Below, one piece after another: positions 20,029 through 29,608 of a stretch of DNA of 64,000 nucleotides. This stretch comes from Thermoguttaceae bacterium (lineage in GTDB: Bacteria > Planctomycetota > Planctomycetia > Pirellulales > Thermoguttaceae): assembly GCA_040772845.1 (NCBI GenBank), contig JAXGXG010000001.1, positions 1,470,211 through 1,534,210 of the forward strand, read 5' to 3'. The notes beneath the pieces are model-generated. The model made no database searches and was not told the DNA's origin. It saw only the letters and a program-made list of their open reading frames with translations. Position 1 is the first letter of the stretch. Every line of letters starts with the position of its first letter. The position numbers and the translations under genes were made by a program.

Positions 20029-20799
20029 ATGAACGCAGCGACAAAACCCCGGATTTCCGTCGAGCTGGACGGCCGTGTGGCCCTGGTGACAGGCGCCGGG
20101 CGAGGACTCGGACGCACCATTGCTCAATCGTTAGCCGCCTCCGGCGCCGCGGTCGCCTGCGTTGACATCGACGCCACACTCCTGGCGGAAACGGTCAAGG
20201 GCATTGAAGCCACCGATGGTACGGCCCAGGCATTCACGTGCGACGTTACCGATAGCGGTCGCGTCAACGAAGTGGTCGACGCCGTGGTCAAGCAGATGGG
20301 CAAACTCGATATTCTGGTCAACAATGCCGGAATCACGCGTGACGGCATGATCATGCGGATGAAAGACGACCAGTGGGATTCGGTTCTGGCCATTAATCTG
20401 AGGGGGACATTCCTCTTCACCCGAGCCGTCACCCGACCGATGATGAAGGCGCGTGGCGGACGAATTATCAATATCGCGAGCGTTTCCGGCCTGATGGGTA
20501 ATCCGGGGCAAGCCAACTACTCGGCGTCGAAGGCGGGAGTGATCGGCCTGACGCGCACGGTCGCCCGGGAACTCGCCTCGCGGAACATTACGGTCAACGC
20601 CATCGCCCCGGGCTTCATTGCCACGGAGATGACGGCGAAGATGGGCGAGGAGATTCTCTCGCAGGTTCAAGAGCAGATTCCTTTGGGTCGGCTCGGTGAG
20701 CCGCAAGATGTGGCTGACGCGGTCCTATTCCTGGCCGGCGATGCCGCCAGCTTCATTACAGGGCACGTCCTGACGGTCGACGGTGGCCTGACAACTTAG
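20029..20799 (+). CDS. fabG: 3-oxoacyl-ACP reductase (SDR)
   Basis: VALVTGAGRGLG, NNAG, YSASKAG catalytic motif; 256 aa. Confidence 0.9.
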   Translation: MNAATKPRISVELDGRVALVTGAGRGLGRTIAQSLAASGAAVACVDIDATLLAETVKGIEATDGTAQAFTCDVTDSGRVNEVVDAVVKQMGKLDILVNNAGITRDGMIMRMKDDQWDSVLAINLRGTFLFTRAVTRPMMKARGGRIINIASVSGLMGNPGQANYSASKAGVIGLTRTVARELASRNITVNAIAPGFIATEMTAKMGEEILSQVQEQIPLGRLGEPQDVADAVLFLAGDAASFITGHVLTVDGGLTT

Positions 20800-20995
20800 G
20801 AAACTCGAAATTTTCTCCGTCCGGTCGGCAGGGAGATATAGACACGGCGCGGAAAAGTCGGTATATCTTTCCGGATCGGGTCGAGACCAGCTTGGCCCAC
20901 AAGGCCTTCCCCCTCGTCGGGGCTATGTATTTACACAACGAAGAGGCCCACCGGGGCCTTAATCACGAAGCTTGATTTGTAGGAGGACCTTCAAG

Positions 20996-21238
20996 GTGGC
21001 CTCAGTTAGTGAACGCGTCATTGATATCGTGGCGGAGCAGTTGGGCGTAAGCAAAGACCAGATTCAGAACGAGACCTCGTTCGTCAACGATCTGGGCGCA
21101 GACTCCTTGGACACCGTCGAATTGGTCATGGAGTTGGAAGAAGAATTCGACATCAACATCCCGGATGATGTTGCCGAGAAGATCCAAACGGTGGGTCAAG
21201 CCATCGAGCACATCGAAAAAGCCATCGAAGACAACTAG
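20996..21238 (+). CDS. acpP: Acyl carrier protein
   Basis: [19 protein letters not shown] (phosphopantetheine Ser). GTG start 9 nt after AGGAGG; the ORF-track start at 20972 (MICRRTFK) is unlikely. Confidence 0.85.
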   Translation: MASVSERVIDIVAEQLGVSKDQIQNETSFVNDLGADSLDTVELVMELEEEFDINIPDDVAEKIQTVGQAIEHIEKAIEDN

Positions 21239-21247
21239 CGGGTAGCG

Positions 21248-22492
21248 ATGAACAGGCGTGTGGTCGTCACCGGATTGGGCGCGGTCACTTCTCTCGGCTG
21301 CAAGGTCGAGGAGTTGTGGTCGCGCATTCTTCAAGGCAAGAGCGGGGTGCGCCCGCTTCAAACGATCGATGCTGCGCCGTTTCGATCCCAGATTGGGGGC
21401 GAGATCATCGATTGGTCAACCAACGGGTATTTGGACCCGAAGGAGGCGAAACGCCTTGACCGATTTGCGCAGTTCGGCGTGGTCGCCGCAATGGAGGCCG
21501 TCCGCGATTCGGGAATCGACTTCACCCGCGAAGATTCGTACCGTTGCGGTGTAATCCTCGGTTCCGGGATCGGAGGGTTACTCGAAATCGAGGTACAGCA
21601 CCTCCGCATGCTGAACCGGGGACCGGAGAAGGTCTCGGCCTTCACCGTGCCCAAGATGATGACCAACGCCGCCTGCGGCTATGTTTCGATCATGTATGGC
21701 CTACGAGGCATGAATCAGGCCGTTTCAACGGCCTGCGCCTCTGCCACCAACGCCATTGGCGATGCCGTCCGCGCCATCCGCTACAATGAGGCCGACGTCT
21801 TCGTGACCGGCGGGACCGAGGCCGCGTTGACGCCACTGGGCCTTAGCGCGTTCTCGTCCATGCGGGCGCTTTCGGAACGCAACAGCGATCCGGAACGCGC
21901 GAGCCGGCCCTTTGACGCCGACCGTGACGGTTTCGTCCTGAGCGAAGGCGCCGGAATTGTCGTGATCGAAGAACTCGAGCACGCCAAGGCGCGCGGCGCC
22001 AAGATATACGGCGAAGTGCTCGGTTACGGGTGGAGCGCCGACGCCGGCCATATCACGCAGCCGGACGAAAAGGGCACGGGAGCTGCGTACGCTATCAAAC
22101 GGGCTCTCGACAGCGCCGGCCTCAATCCGGAGCAGATCACCTATATCAATGCGCACGGCACCAGTACACCGCTGGGCGATCAGGCTGAGACGGCGGCGAT
22201 CAAGAGCGTGTTCGGAGAACACGCAAGGCAACTGAGCATCTCAAGCACCAAGAGCCACCTGGGCCACCTGCTGGGCGCAAGCGGAGGCGTCGAGCTGGTC
22301 TTCTGTATGCTGGCCATGCGAGATAGCGTCATTCCGCCGACGATCAACTACGAAACGCCCGACCCGCTTTGCGATCTCGACTACACGCCGAATCAGGCGC
22401 GCGAGCGAAGGATCGAAGCCGCCATGTCGAACAGCTTCGGGTTCGGTGGCCATAACGGCTCGCTCATTGTCGCCCCGCTTCGCGATGCGTAG
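21248..22492 (+). CDS. fabF: 3-oxoacyl-ACP synthase II
   Basis: VVVTGLGAVTSLG, active-site ACASATNAIG, HGTSTPLGD, GHLLGASG; 414 aa. Confidence 0.9.
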   Translation: MNRRVVVTGLGAVTSLGCKVEELWSRILQGKSGVRPLQTIDAAPFRSQIGGEIIDWSTNGYLDPKEAKRLDRFAQFGVVAAMEAVRDSGIDFTREDSYRCGVILGSGIGGLLEIEVQHLRMLNRGPEKVSAFTVPKMMTNAACGYVSIMYGLRGMNQAVSTACASATNAIGDAVRAIRYNEADVFVTGGTEAALTPLGLSAFSSMRALSERNSDPERASRPFDADRDGFVLSEGAGIVVIEELEHAKARGAKIYGEVLGYGWSADAGHITQPDEKGTGAAYAIKRALDSAGLNPEQITYINAHGTSTPLGDQAETAAIKSVFGEHARQLSISSTKSHLGHLLGASGGVELVFCMLAMRDSVIPPTINYETPDPLCDLDYTPNQARERRIEAAMSNSFGFGGHNGSLIVAPLRDA

Positions 22493-22722
22493 GATGCGGC
22501 GGATGCGTTGCACGCTTTACGAAAGCCCGCTTCGCTTGACACCTGGCGATCCGGTCCTCATAATGGCGTCTGACTTCGTCAGTAGCGGTGCTGCTACGTT
22601 GGTTTTGCATCTTTTCGCACAAGCGAGTTGCAAGCCGTCTCGCCCAATGTCGCCGATGGCTCCGGCAGCGGAACCGCTCCTGGGGACCGGTCCCATTTGC
22701 CTGCAGAACCATGAGGTGTTCC

Positions 22723-24339
22723 ATGTCGCAAGCGAGTTCTGGGAGAGAAGCCTGGGCGTCACGGCTCGGCGTGATCCTGGCAGTCACCGGCAGTGCGGTG
22801 GGGCTGGGCAACTTCCTTCGGTTTCCGGGGCTTGCTGCGAAGTATGCCGGCGGGGCGTTCATGATCCCGTACGCCATTGCGTTCCTTCTGCTCGGGCTGC
22901 CGATTGCATGGGTGGAATGGTCGCTGGGCCGGTACGGGGGCTCGCAGGGGTTCAATTCCTCGCCGGGGATCTTCCGCGCCGTCTGGAAGAATCGCGCCGC
23001 CCCATACGCCGGCGTGTTGGCCATGGTCGTGCCGGTGATGATCTACATGTACTACGTCTACATCGAGGCGTGGTGTCTGGCCTATGCAATGCGTTACCTG
23101 TTCGGATTCATGGACTTCGGCCAGGATCCGGCGGCGTACCAGGTCTTCTTCGACCGTTTTGTGGGGATGGGCGGGAACGGTGAGGCGTTGATGACCGAGG
23201 GCGAGGGACTGCTCGGGTCGGCGGTTTTCTTTCTGGTGATCTGCTTCCTGGTCAATTTCCTGCTGATCTACCGCGGGCTGACCAAAGGGATTGAATGGTT
23301 CTGCAAGTGGGCCATGCCCGCCCTGGTCGTATGCGCCATTGTTGTCCTCGTTCGCGTATTGACATTGGGAACACCCGACGCCGCCAGCCCGGACCAGAAC
23401 GTCCTGAACGGCTTGGGTTATATGTGGAACCCAAGCACCTCTCAAATGGGATTCCTGGAATCGCTCTCCAAGCCGCAAATGTGGCTGGAAGCCGCCGGGC
23501 AGATCTTCTTCTCCCTATCGGTCGGCTACGGGATCATCATCACGTACTCCAGCTATTTGCGCGCCGACGATGACGTGGCCCTTTCCAGCCTGACGGCGGC
23601 GGCCGGCAACGGTTTCTGCGAAGTGGCGTTGGGCGGCATGATTGTCGTACCGGCCGCCTTCGTATTCCTGGGGCAAGGGTTCCTGCAGGAACTGCCGACC
23701 ACGTTCCAGCTCGGATTCGTCACGTTGCCGAACGTTTTTAACCAGATGACGGCCGGGCATCTCGTCGGTTTCCTCTTCTTCTTCCTGCTGTTCCTGGCCG
23801 CGGTAACGAGTTCGCTGTCGATGCTCCAGCCGGCCATTGCGCTTCTGGAAGAAGGCCTGGGATTGGGCCGCAAGGCTTCCGTCGCCATGTTGGGATTCAT
23901 TACGGCCATGGGAGCCGGTTTCGTCGTCTTCTTCTCGGAGGATCTCAAGGCGCTTGATACGATCGACTTCTGGCTCGGGACCTTCGGCATATTCATACTC
24001 GCGACGTTCCAGGTTATTCTGTTCGGCTGGGTGCTGGGCGTCGATCGCGGCTTCGACGAGTTGCGCCGCGGGGCCGAAATTCAGATCCCCAACTTCGTCA
24101 AGTTCGTCATCAAGTACGTCTCGCCCACGTACCTGCTCGGTGTCTTCGGTTTCTGGTTCTACAGCGAGTTCCTCAATCCCGAGACGGCCGTCCGGCTGAA
24201 ACAGATCCGGGAAGATCTAGTGGTGCAGCTTTCAATCGGTTTCATTGTTGTTGTCGTGCTTCTGTTCACCCTCTTGATCGCGCAGTCGGTCAAGCGGTGG
24301 CGGGCCGCCGAACGTGACCAGGTGGAGGTGATTCCATGA
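22723..24339 (+). CDS. Sodium-dependent transporter, SNF/NSS family
   Basis: N-terminal GSAVGLGNFLRFP motif and about 12 predicted TM segments. Start at MSQASSGREAW (22723) or 22711; the ORF-track N-terminus from 22588 is Arg-rich junk. Confidence 0.8.
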   Translation: MSQASSGREAWASRLGVILAVTGSAVGLGNFLRFPGLAAKYAGGAFMIPYAIAFLLLGLPIAWVEWSLGRYGGSQGFNSSPGIFRAVWKNRAAPYAGVLAMVVPVMIYMYYVYIEAWCLAYAMRYLFGFMDFGQDPAAYQVFFDRFVGMGGNGEALMTEGEGLLGSAVFFLVICFLVNFLLIYRGLTKGIEWFCKWAMPALVVCAIVVLVRVLTLGTPDAASPDQNVLNGLGYMWNPSTSQMGFLESLSKPQMWLEAAGQIFFSLSVGYGIIITYSSYLRADDDVALSSLTAAAGNGFCEVALGGMIVVPAAFVFLGQGFLQELPTTFQLGFVTLPNVFNQMTAGHLVGFLFFFLLFLAAVTSSLSMLQPAIALLEEGLGLGRKASVAMLGFITAMGAGFVVFFSEDLKALDTIDFWLGTFGIFILATFQVILFGWVLGVDRGFDELRRGAEIQIPNFVKFVIKYVSPTYLLGVFGFWFYSEFLNPETAVRLKQIREDLVVQLSIGFIVVVVLLFTLLIAQSVKRWRAAERDQVEVIP

Positions 24340-24491
24340 CACCCGGAGGATGGTTCATAATGGTGCTCGCCGTGGGAGGCGTGACCGGCCTGCTCATTTG
24401 GTGTATCTACAAGGTGCTCACAACGCCTGGCTCCACGGCCCACTTGCACTCGCAGGCAGATATCGAAACGCCCGATACGGAAGACGACTGA
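24336..24491 (+). CDS. 51-aa single-pass membrane protein, ATGA-coupled to the NSS transporter (possible accessory subunit)
   Basis: Not in the track (<60 aa). MTPGGWFIMVLAVGGVTGLLIWCIYKVLTTPGSTAHLHSQADIETPDTEDD; its ATG overlaps the NSS stop. Confidence 0.45.
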   Translation: MTPGGWFIMVLAVGGVTGLLIWCIYKVLTTPGSTAHLHSQADIETPDTEDD

Positions 24492-24492
24492 C

Positions 24493-26040
24493 TCACTCTG
24501 GCTGGCGGTCCATCGCCCAGAAGATGCCGTTGACCAACAGACGCCGGAATGCAGGCTGGTCGAAATCGTCCGGGTGGCCCAGGGCCGTGTAGAAGACGCG
24601 GGCCTTGCCATACGAGCGAGTCCAGGTGAGCGGTTCCGTTCGATCGTCGATGCGGCCCACCTGGATGAGTGTCGCATCGTCGCGAATGGGCGCAGTGAAA
24701 TAGAGCGAGCCCGTGCTGTGCCAACGGGCAGGTTCTACTCCCTTGAGAATCGGATGCGTCTCCGCGCCTTCGGCCGGGGCGATATCGCTGCCGGCCGCGT
24801 TCGGGCCGTGGTTATTGTAGTTGCCGCCCAACACGTCGGCATCGAACTCGGGCCACTGTGCGGCGCCCTCGGGGCCGGGTTTCTTGATGTCGAACGCATG
24901 GCTTGCCGTACGCATGGCCACCAGCGGCTTGCCGGCATTGAGGAACTGGCGAATCTTCGCCATTTGCCCCTCCGGCAGCGCCAGCCGGCGAATGAACAGG
25001 ACCAGGACATCGGCCTTGTCCAACTCGTCGGTATGGCGGATATCGGCCGTCCCTTCACCATGCAGCAGGGTAACGTAGCAGCCCCAACGTTCGCGCAGCT
25101 CGCCGGCGAACACGGGCAGTGTCTCGTCGGCCTTGTAGTGGTCGTCACTTACCAGAATGGCCACATGCGGCCGGTCGTCCTCCCGGAATCGCAAGGCCGG
25201 ACCGCCCAGCAGATCGCTACTGGTGCACGTGGGGCAAATGAGCCGCTCGATATACTCGACCACCAGCTCCGTGCCCCGCACGTGCGGAACGAACGGCGAC
25301 TTGCGCGAGTTGTACATCGCATCGGTCATATCTCGCACCAGGAGCACGTCTTTGCCCGCATGGACGAGGTTTCGGATTCCAAACGGCCGCCCCAGCACAC
25401 ACATGTTCGTGTGAACGCCCACCATCAGCACATGCTCAACGCCTCGCTGCTCCAGAAGATTCCAGCATTCGACGCCCGAATCGGTTATCGCATCTTCGGG
25501 GGCGATTTCCAGGACGGCAATCTGATGCCGGTCCATAGCGTCTGACGTCTGCTCGCACGGAGAGCTGCAATCGCACCCGCCGTCCGCCTGATCGACGGGC
25601 CACTCACGCCCCTTCTCGATATCCAACTGCCCACAGCTTTGGCCAATTCCCACGGGTAAATCCGCGGCCCGTGGAGCCTCCTTCGCGCGATGCCGGGCAG
25701 GATGGTCTTCGTAAAACTTCACGCCGCCGCTGGGTGCGTGGATGATGAGAGCCCCACGGTTGCGGGCTTCGCCAAGAAAGGCGTTCATGCGAGGCGCCAT
25801 TTGCTGAACACGATCCGTCGCACCTGCACACCAGTGCTTCGCCCACATGTCGCACACAATCACGGCGGTCTTCGCGCCTTCCCACTGGACGGTGCGGTAT
25901 TCAACCGCCGGCTTGGCTCCTTCCTCCGATGCCGCAATATGGCGGCGCGTCTGCAGCCGAAGCGTCTCGGCAGCCAACGGCCCCGCCAAGATCGATACGA
26001 AGGTCATGGCCAGAATCGTATTGCGTGGAACATGTCGCAT
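24493..26040 (-). CDS. Secreted fusion protein: isochorismatase-like cysteine hydrolase domain + ThuA-like domain
   Basis: Signal peptide; VIVCDMW..HWC and GVHTNMCVLGRPFG..LLVRDMTDAM (isochorismatase catalytic Cys region). C-terminal half resembles ThuA (..VFYTALGHPDDFDQPAFRRLLVNGIFWA). Confidence 0.7.
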   Translation of the reverse strand: MRHVPRNTILAMTFVSILAGPLAAETLRLQTRRHIAASEEGAKPAVEYRTVQWEGAKTAVIVCDMWAKHWCAGATDRVQQMAPRMNAFLGEARNRGALIIHAPSGGVKFYEDHPARHRAKEAPRAADLPVGIGQSCGQLDIEKGREWPVDQADGGCDCSSPCEQTSDAMDRHQIAVLEIAPEDAITDSGVECWNLLEQRGVEHVLMVGVHTNMCVLGRPFGIRNLVHAGKDVLLVRDMTDAMYNSRKSPFVPHVRGTELVVEYIERLICPTCTSSDLLGGPALRFREDDRPHVAILVSDDHYKADETLPVFAGELRERWGCYVTLLHGEGTADIRHTDELDKADVLVLFIRRLALPEGQMAKIRQFLNAGKPLVAMRTASHAFDIKKPGPEGAAQWPEFDADVLGGNYNNHGPNAAGSDIAPAEGAETHPILKGVEPARWHSTGSLYFTAPIRDDATLIQVGRIDDRTEPLTWTRSYGKARVFYTALGHPDDFDQPAFRRLLVNGIFWAMDRQPE

Positions 26041-26123
26041 GGGTGCAGACTCCTTGGCAAATGAGGAAAGACGTTACGCATGACCTGTCTTCAGTTCAAA
26101 ACGGACGGACACGCACACAACGG

Positions 26124-28490
26124 CTAGGCCCCGAGGGCCTTCTCCAGTATCCGGTACGTCTTGTAACGCTTGGCGCCCACCGTCTCGATAGCGCTATTGA
26201 TCAGTCTATTATCCTCGAGCGTCCAACTCAACTCGGCGCCGGTATACCCGAGCACATTCTTGCCATAATCAAGCGTGCGAAGGATAAGCAGTTCACTGAG
26301 CCCGCGCCGCCGATAGCCTTCGAGCAGGTCGAGAATCAGCATCCGGGCCGTCTTGATCTTCCGGACGCCCATATAGGCCTTTGCAACCCCGACAGGAATG
26401 CCGCAAGTCGTCAGCCGACCGTCCAAAGGGCGAATCGCTTCGTTGTAGTCGGGCACCGTCACAGAAAAACCGATAACCTGCCCGTCCTTCTCCACCAGCA
26501 GCACCTGCTGCTCCTCCGCAATCTTCTCCAATCGTTTGGCCAAATACCGAAGCTCGGCCTCCGTCAGTCCGACGACCCCCCAATTTCGCTGTTGCGCCGC
26601 ATTGTATACGGCCTGGCAGTGCTGCAAGTCCTCACGAAAATGATGGCGGCGGAATGGGCGGACGATGGCCCCGCTTCGCCGGGCGATTCGCTCGGCCTTC
26701 TCGCGCCATCGTTCAACCAGATTCAGCGGATCGGTAAACCACCAGGCATACAGGTCCTTGGCCTTGTCCAAGCCCCAGGATTCCAGCAATGCAAGGTAAT
26801 ACGGCCGATGATGGTTCATCATGAACCGGGGCGGCGTATCGAAACCATCGACCAGCAGACCGCAGGGATAGTTGGTCGAATAGTCGATCGGGCCCATGAT
26901 GTGGTCGATGCCGCGCCCGCGCAGCCAATCGGCCCCCGCATCGAGCAAACCACGGGTCGCCTCCGAATCGTCGAAGCACTCGAACATGCCGAAACAGCCG
27001 GTGCTGGCGCCATGCTGCCGGTTGTAGTTGGGATCATCGCTTACCAGAACCCGGCCGACCGGTTGTCCGTCGCGAGTGGCAAGGAACTGGACGGCATCGC
27101 CATGTTGGTAGAACGGATGTTTGCGCCGATCGAGGAACTCCTTGACTTCGGTCAACAGGGGCGGTACCCAATGCGGATCGTTCGCATAGATGGCCCATGG
27201 CAGCCGGCAGAACGCCGCGAGATCGCGCCGGTTTTCAACCTTACGAACCTCCAGTTGTCCGGTCGGCGGGCTGGCGGTTGAAGGCAGAACGGCGGCGCCG
27301 CGAGGTTCCCATTCGGGGGCAGTGCGAACGACTCCGGTCTCGGGCTCGACCGATTGTGGCTCCAAGTCGAGATCGTAGATCCGGTAGGTCTTCGTGATCT
27401 TCGCCCCGCCCTTCTTCAACGCACCGTAGGAAAGCTTGTTCGATTCGAGGACCCAGGAGAACTCTGCCTCTTGAAGATCCCAGGCAATCGCCTTCGGCAC
27501 CAACGCATGCATCAGCAGCAGCCCGATCCCCATGCGCTGGTATTCCGGCAGGACGTTCGTGCTGATCACCCGAATCTTTTTGATCGCCTGCTTGTTCCGC
27601 AACAAACGAATGAACCCGAACGGCAATAATCGGCCATTGATCTCGCGGATCCTCTCGTTGTAGTCGGGCAGGCAGAAGGAAGCGCCGACCACCCGGCCAT
27701 CGACTTCGGCGGCAACGGCCAGCTCCGGGACAATCAGGTACTGAAGCCCCTTGGCCGTATGCCGTATTTCATCCGGACTCATCGGGACGAATCCCCAGGT
27801 ATTCACCAGCGCCCGGTTGTAGATCGAGAGAAACGTCTCGACCTCCTCCAGGAACCGGGACTTATCCAGCGATCGCAAGGTCACGTCGTAGTGCTCGAGG
27901 ATCCCTTCCACCACGGGACCGAGCTTTTCGCCAATTTTCGGCAGCAGGGAGCGATGACCCCAGAAGGCGTACAAATCTTGCGATTTCCGAAAACCGTAAT
28001 CCTCGATCAACCGTTCGTAGAACGGCGGATTATAAGTCATCATGAACATGGGCGGAGAATCGAAACCATCGATCAGCAGCCCGAGTTCATGATTGAGCGA
28101 GGGATTCGTCGGTCCGCGGAGCTTGAATATCCCCTGTCGATAGAACCACTGCCGCACGGCGTCGAACAAGCCGTCGGCCACTTCCTGATCATCAATGCTC
28201 TCGAAGAACCCGAAGAACCCGCGGCGTTCGTTGTAGCGCTCGTTGTGGCCCTGGTTCAGAATCGCGGCAATCCGCCCGCACGGTTCCCCATCGCGTAGCG
28301 CGAGAAACGTCTGGATGGAATTCCGGGCGTAGAACGGGTTGGGTGCAAAACCGAACACCTCCTTCGCATTGGCCCTTAGGGGGGGAATCCAGTTCGGGTC
28401 CCCGTGATAGAGTTCCCACGGCAATTCCAGAAACTCGCGCTTCTCGCGCTGCGATTCCACCCGCTTGATGACGATTTCACCCATACCCAA
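26124..28490 (-). CDS. Protein made of two tandem ~390-aa GNAT-type acyltransferase modules
   Basis: Both modules open with an LPWxxYxxDPxWxPPL motif (ELPWELYHGDPNWIPPL / RLPWAIYANDPHWVPPL) and close with a GNAT motif-A-like segment (EYQRMGIGLLL / GYRRRGLSELL). Clear internal duplication. Confidence 0.65.
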   Translation of the reverse strand: MGMGEIVIKRVESQREKREFLELPWELYHGDPNWIPPLRANAKEVFGFAPNPFYARNSIQTFLALRDGEPCGRIAAILNQGHNERYNERRGFFGFFESIDDQEVADGLFDAVRQWFYRQGIFKLRGPTNPSLNHELGLLIDGFDSPPMFMMTYNPPFYERLIEDYGFRKSQDLYAFWGHRSLLPKIGEKLGPVVEGILEHYDVTLRSLDKSRFLEEVETFLSIYNRALVNTWGFVPMSPDEIRHTAKGLQYLIVPELAVAAEVDGRVVGASFCLPDYNERIREINGRLLPFGFIRLLRNKQAIKKIRVISTNVLPEYQRMGIGLLLMHALVPKAIAWDLQEAEFSWVLESNKLSYGALKKGGAKITKTYRIYDLDLEPQSVEPETGVVRTAPEWEPRGAAVLPSTASPPTGQLEVRKVENRRDLAAFCRLPWAIYANDPHWVPPLLTEVKEFLDRRKHPFYQHGDAVQFLATRDGQPVGRVLVSDDPNYNRQHGASTGCFGMFECFDDSEATRGLLDAGADWLRGRGIDHIMGPIDYSTNYPCGLLVDGFDTPPRFMMNHHRPYYLALLESWGLDKAKDLYAWWFTDPLNLVERWREKAERIARRSGAIVRPFRRHHFREDLQHCQAVYNAAQQRNWGVVGLTEAELRYLAKRLEKIAEEQQVLLVEKDGQVIGFSVTVPDYNEAIRPLDGRLTTCGIPVGVAKAYMGVRKIKTARMLILDLLEGYRRRGLSELLILRTLDYGKNVLGYTGAELSWTLEDNRLINSAIETVGAKRYKTYRILEKALGA

Positions 28491-28561
28491 TCCTTCACAT
28501 ATTATGTAAACTAACGATTTTACTGATATGCCAAGCGATACGCAACCAGCCCAACAATCCC

Positions 28562-29608
28562 ATGAGCAGGATCCTCGTTACCGGCGCCAGCGGCTTCATT
28601 GGCAGGCACCTGGTTCGCGCCTTGGTCGAGGCCGGGAATACGGTAACTTGCCTGGTTCGGCGAGAATCGGCCGTCGAGTCGCTCCAGACCTTCGATGTAC
28701 GCTTGTGCGTTGGGGATGTCACGGATGCCGACAGTCTTACATCGGCTGTTGCCGGGCAGGATGTTGTGTACCATCTGGCAGGCCGGACGCGAGCCCTTTC
28801 AGCAAACCAGTTTTTCGCGGTCAACGAAGAAGGGACTCGTGCCGTTGCCCAGGCTTGCGCCAACCAGATGACGCCCCCCGTTCTTGTAAGTGTTTCCTCA
28901 CTCGCGGCGGCCGGCCCCTCTACGCCGGATCGCCCGCACATAGAAACCGATCCGGACGCTCCCGTTTCGCACTACGGTCGGAGCAAACGGGCAGGTGAGT
29001 TGGCCATTGCCGCCATGGCGCACCGCATTCCGGCAACGATCGTGCGGCCTCCTATTGTCATCGGCTTCGGCGACCGGCTGGGCCTGCCCCTGTTCGCCTC
29101 GGTGGCACGATTCGGCTTGCAGGCGTTACCCAGTCTTGCAAGTCCCCGTTTCTCCATGATCCACGTTGCAGATTTGGTGGCCCTGCTGACGGCTGCCGCC
29201 GAGAAGGGGGAACGCCTGGATGGTCGTCCGCCAGAGGCGCGCAACAATTCCGGCGACCGCAATGATGGGGCAACCGGGCAAGGCCTCTATTATGTCTCTT
29301 GCGGCTATCATCCTACCCTCGGCGAGTTCGCACACCTGATCGCGCGCGCCGCCGGCCGCCGCCACACCATCGTGCTGCCCTTGCCATCGCCCGTCACGTG
29401 GTCCGTGGCCGCGATTATGGAGCTGTTTGCCCACGTTTCCCGCCATCCGCTTTCGCTCAATCTCGATAAGGCCCGCGAGGCAACGGCAGGCGACTGGACC
29501 TGCTCCGCCCGGAAGGCCTCCGACCAGTTAGGGTTCCTCCCGGCCGAATCGCTTGCAAAACGGGTTCAAGAAACCGTCGAAGGGTACCGTCAAGCAGGTT
29601 GGCTGTAG
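28562..29608 (+). CDS. NAD-dependent epimerase/dehydratase (extended SDR)
   Basis: ILVTGASGFIGRHLV, YGRSK catalytic YxxxK; 348 aa. Confidence 0.8.
   Translation: MSRILVTGASGFIGRHLVRALVEAGNTVTCLVRRESAVESLQTFDVRLCVGDVTDADSLTSAVAGQDVVYHLAGRTRALSANQFFAVNEEGTRAVAQACANQMTPPVLVSVSSLAAAGPSTPDRPHIETDPDAPVSHYGRSKRAGELAIAAMAHRIPATIVRPPIVIGFGDRLGLPLFASVARFGLQALPSLASPRFSMIHVADLVALLTAAAEKGERLDGRPPEARNNSGDRNDGATGQGLYYVSCGYHPTLGEFAHLIARAAGRRHTIVLPLPSPVTWSVAAIMELFAHVSRHPLSLNLDKAREATAGDWTCSARKASDQLGFLPAESLAKRVQETVEGYRQAGWL

Noticed and set aside
22588-22722. Upstream extension of the NSS transporter ORF
   Set aside because: Arg/Trp/Cys-rich and precedes the conserved N-terminus; the start is more likely 22711 or 22723.
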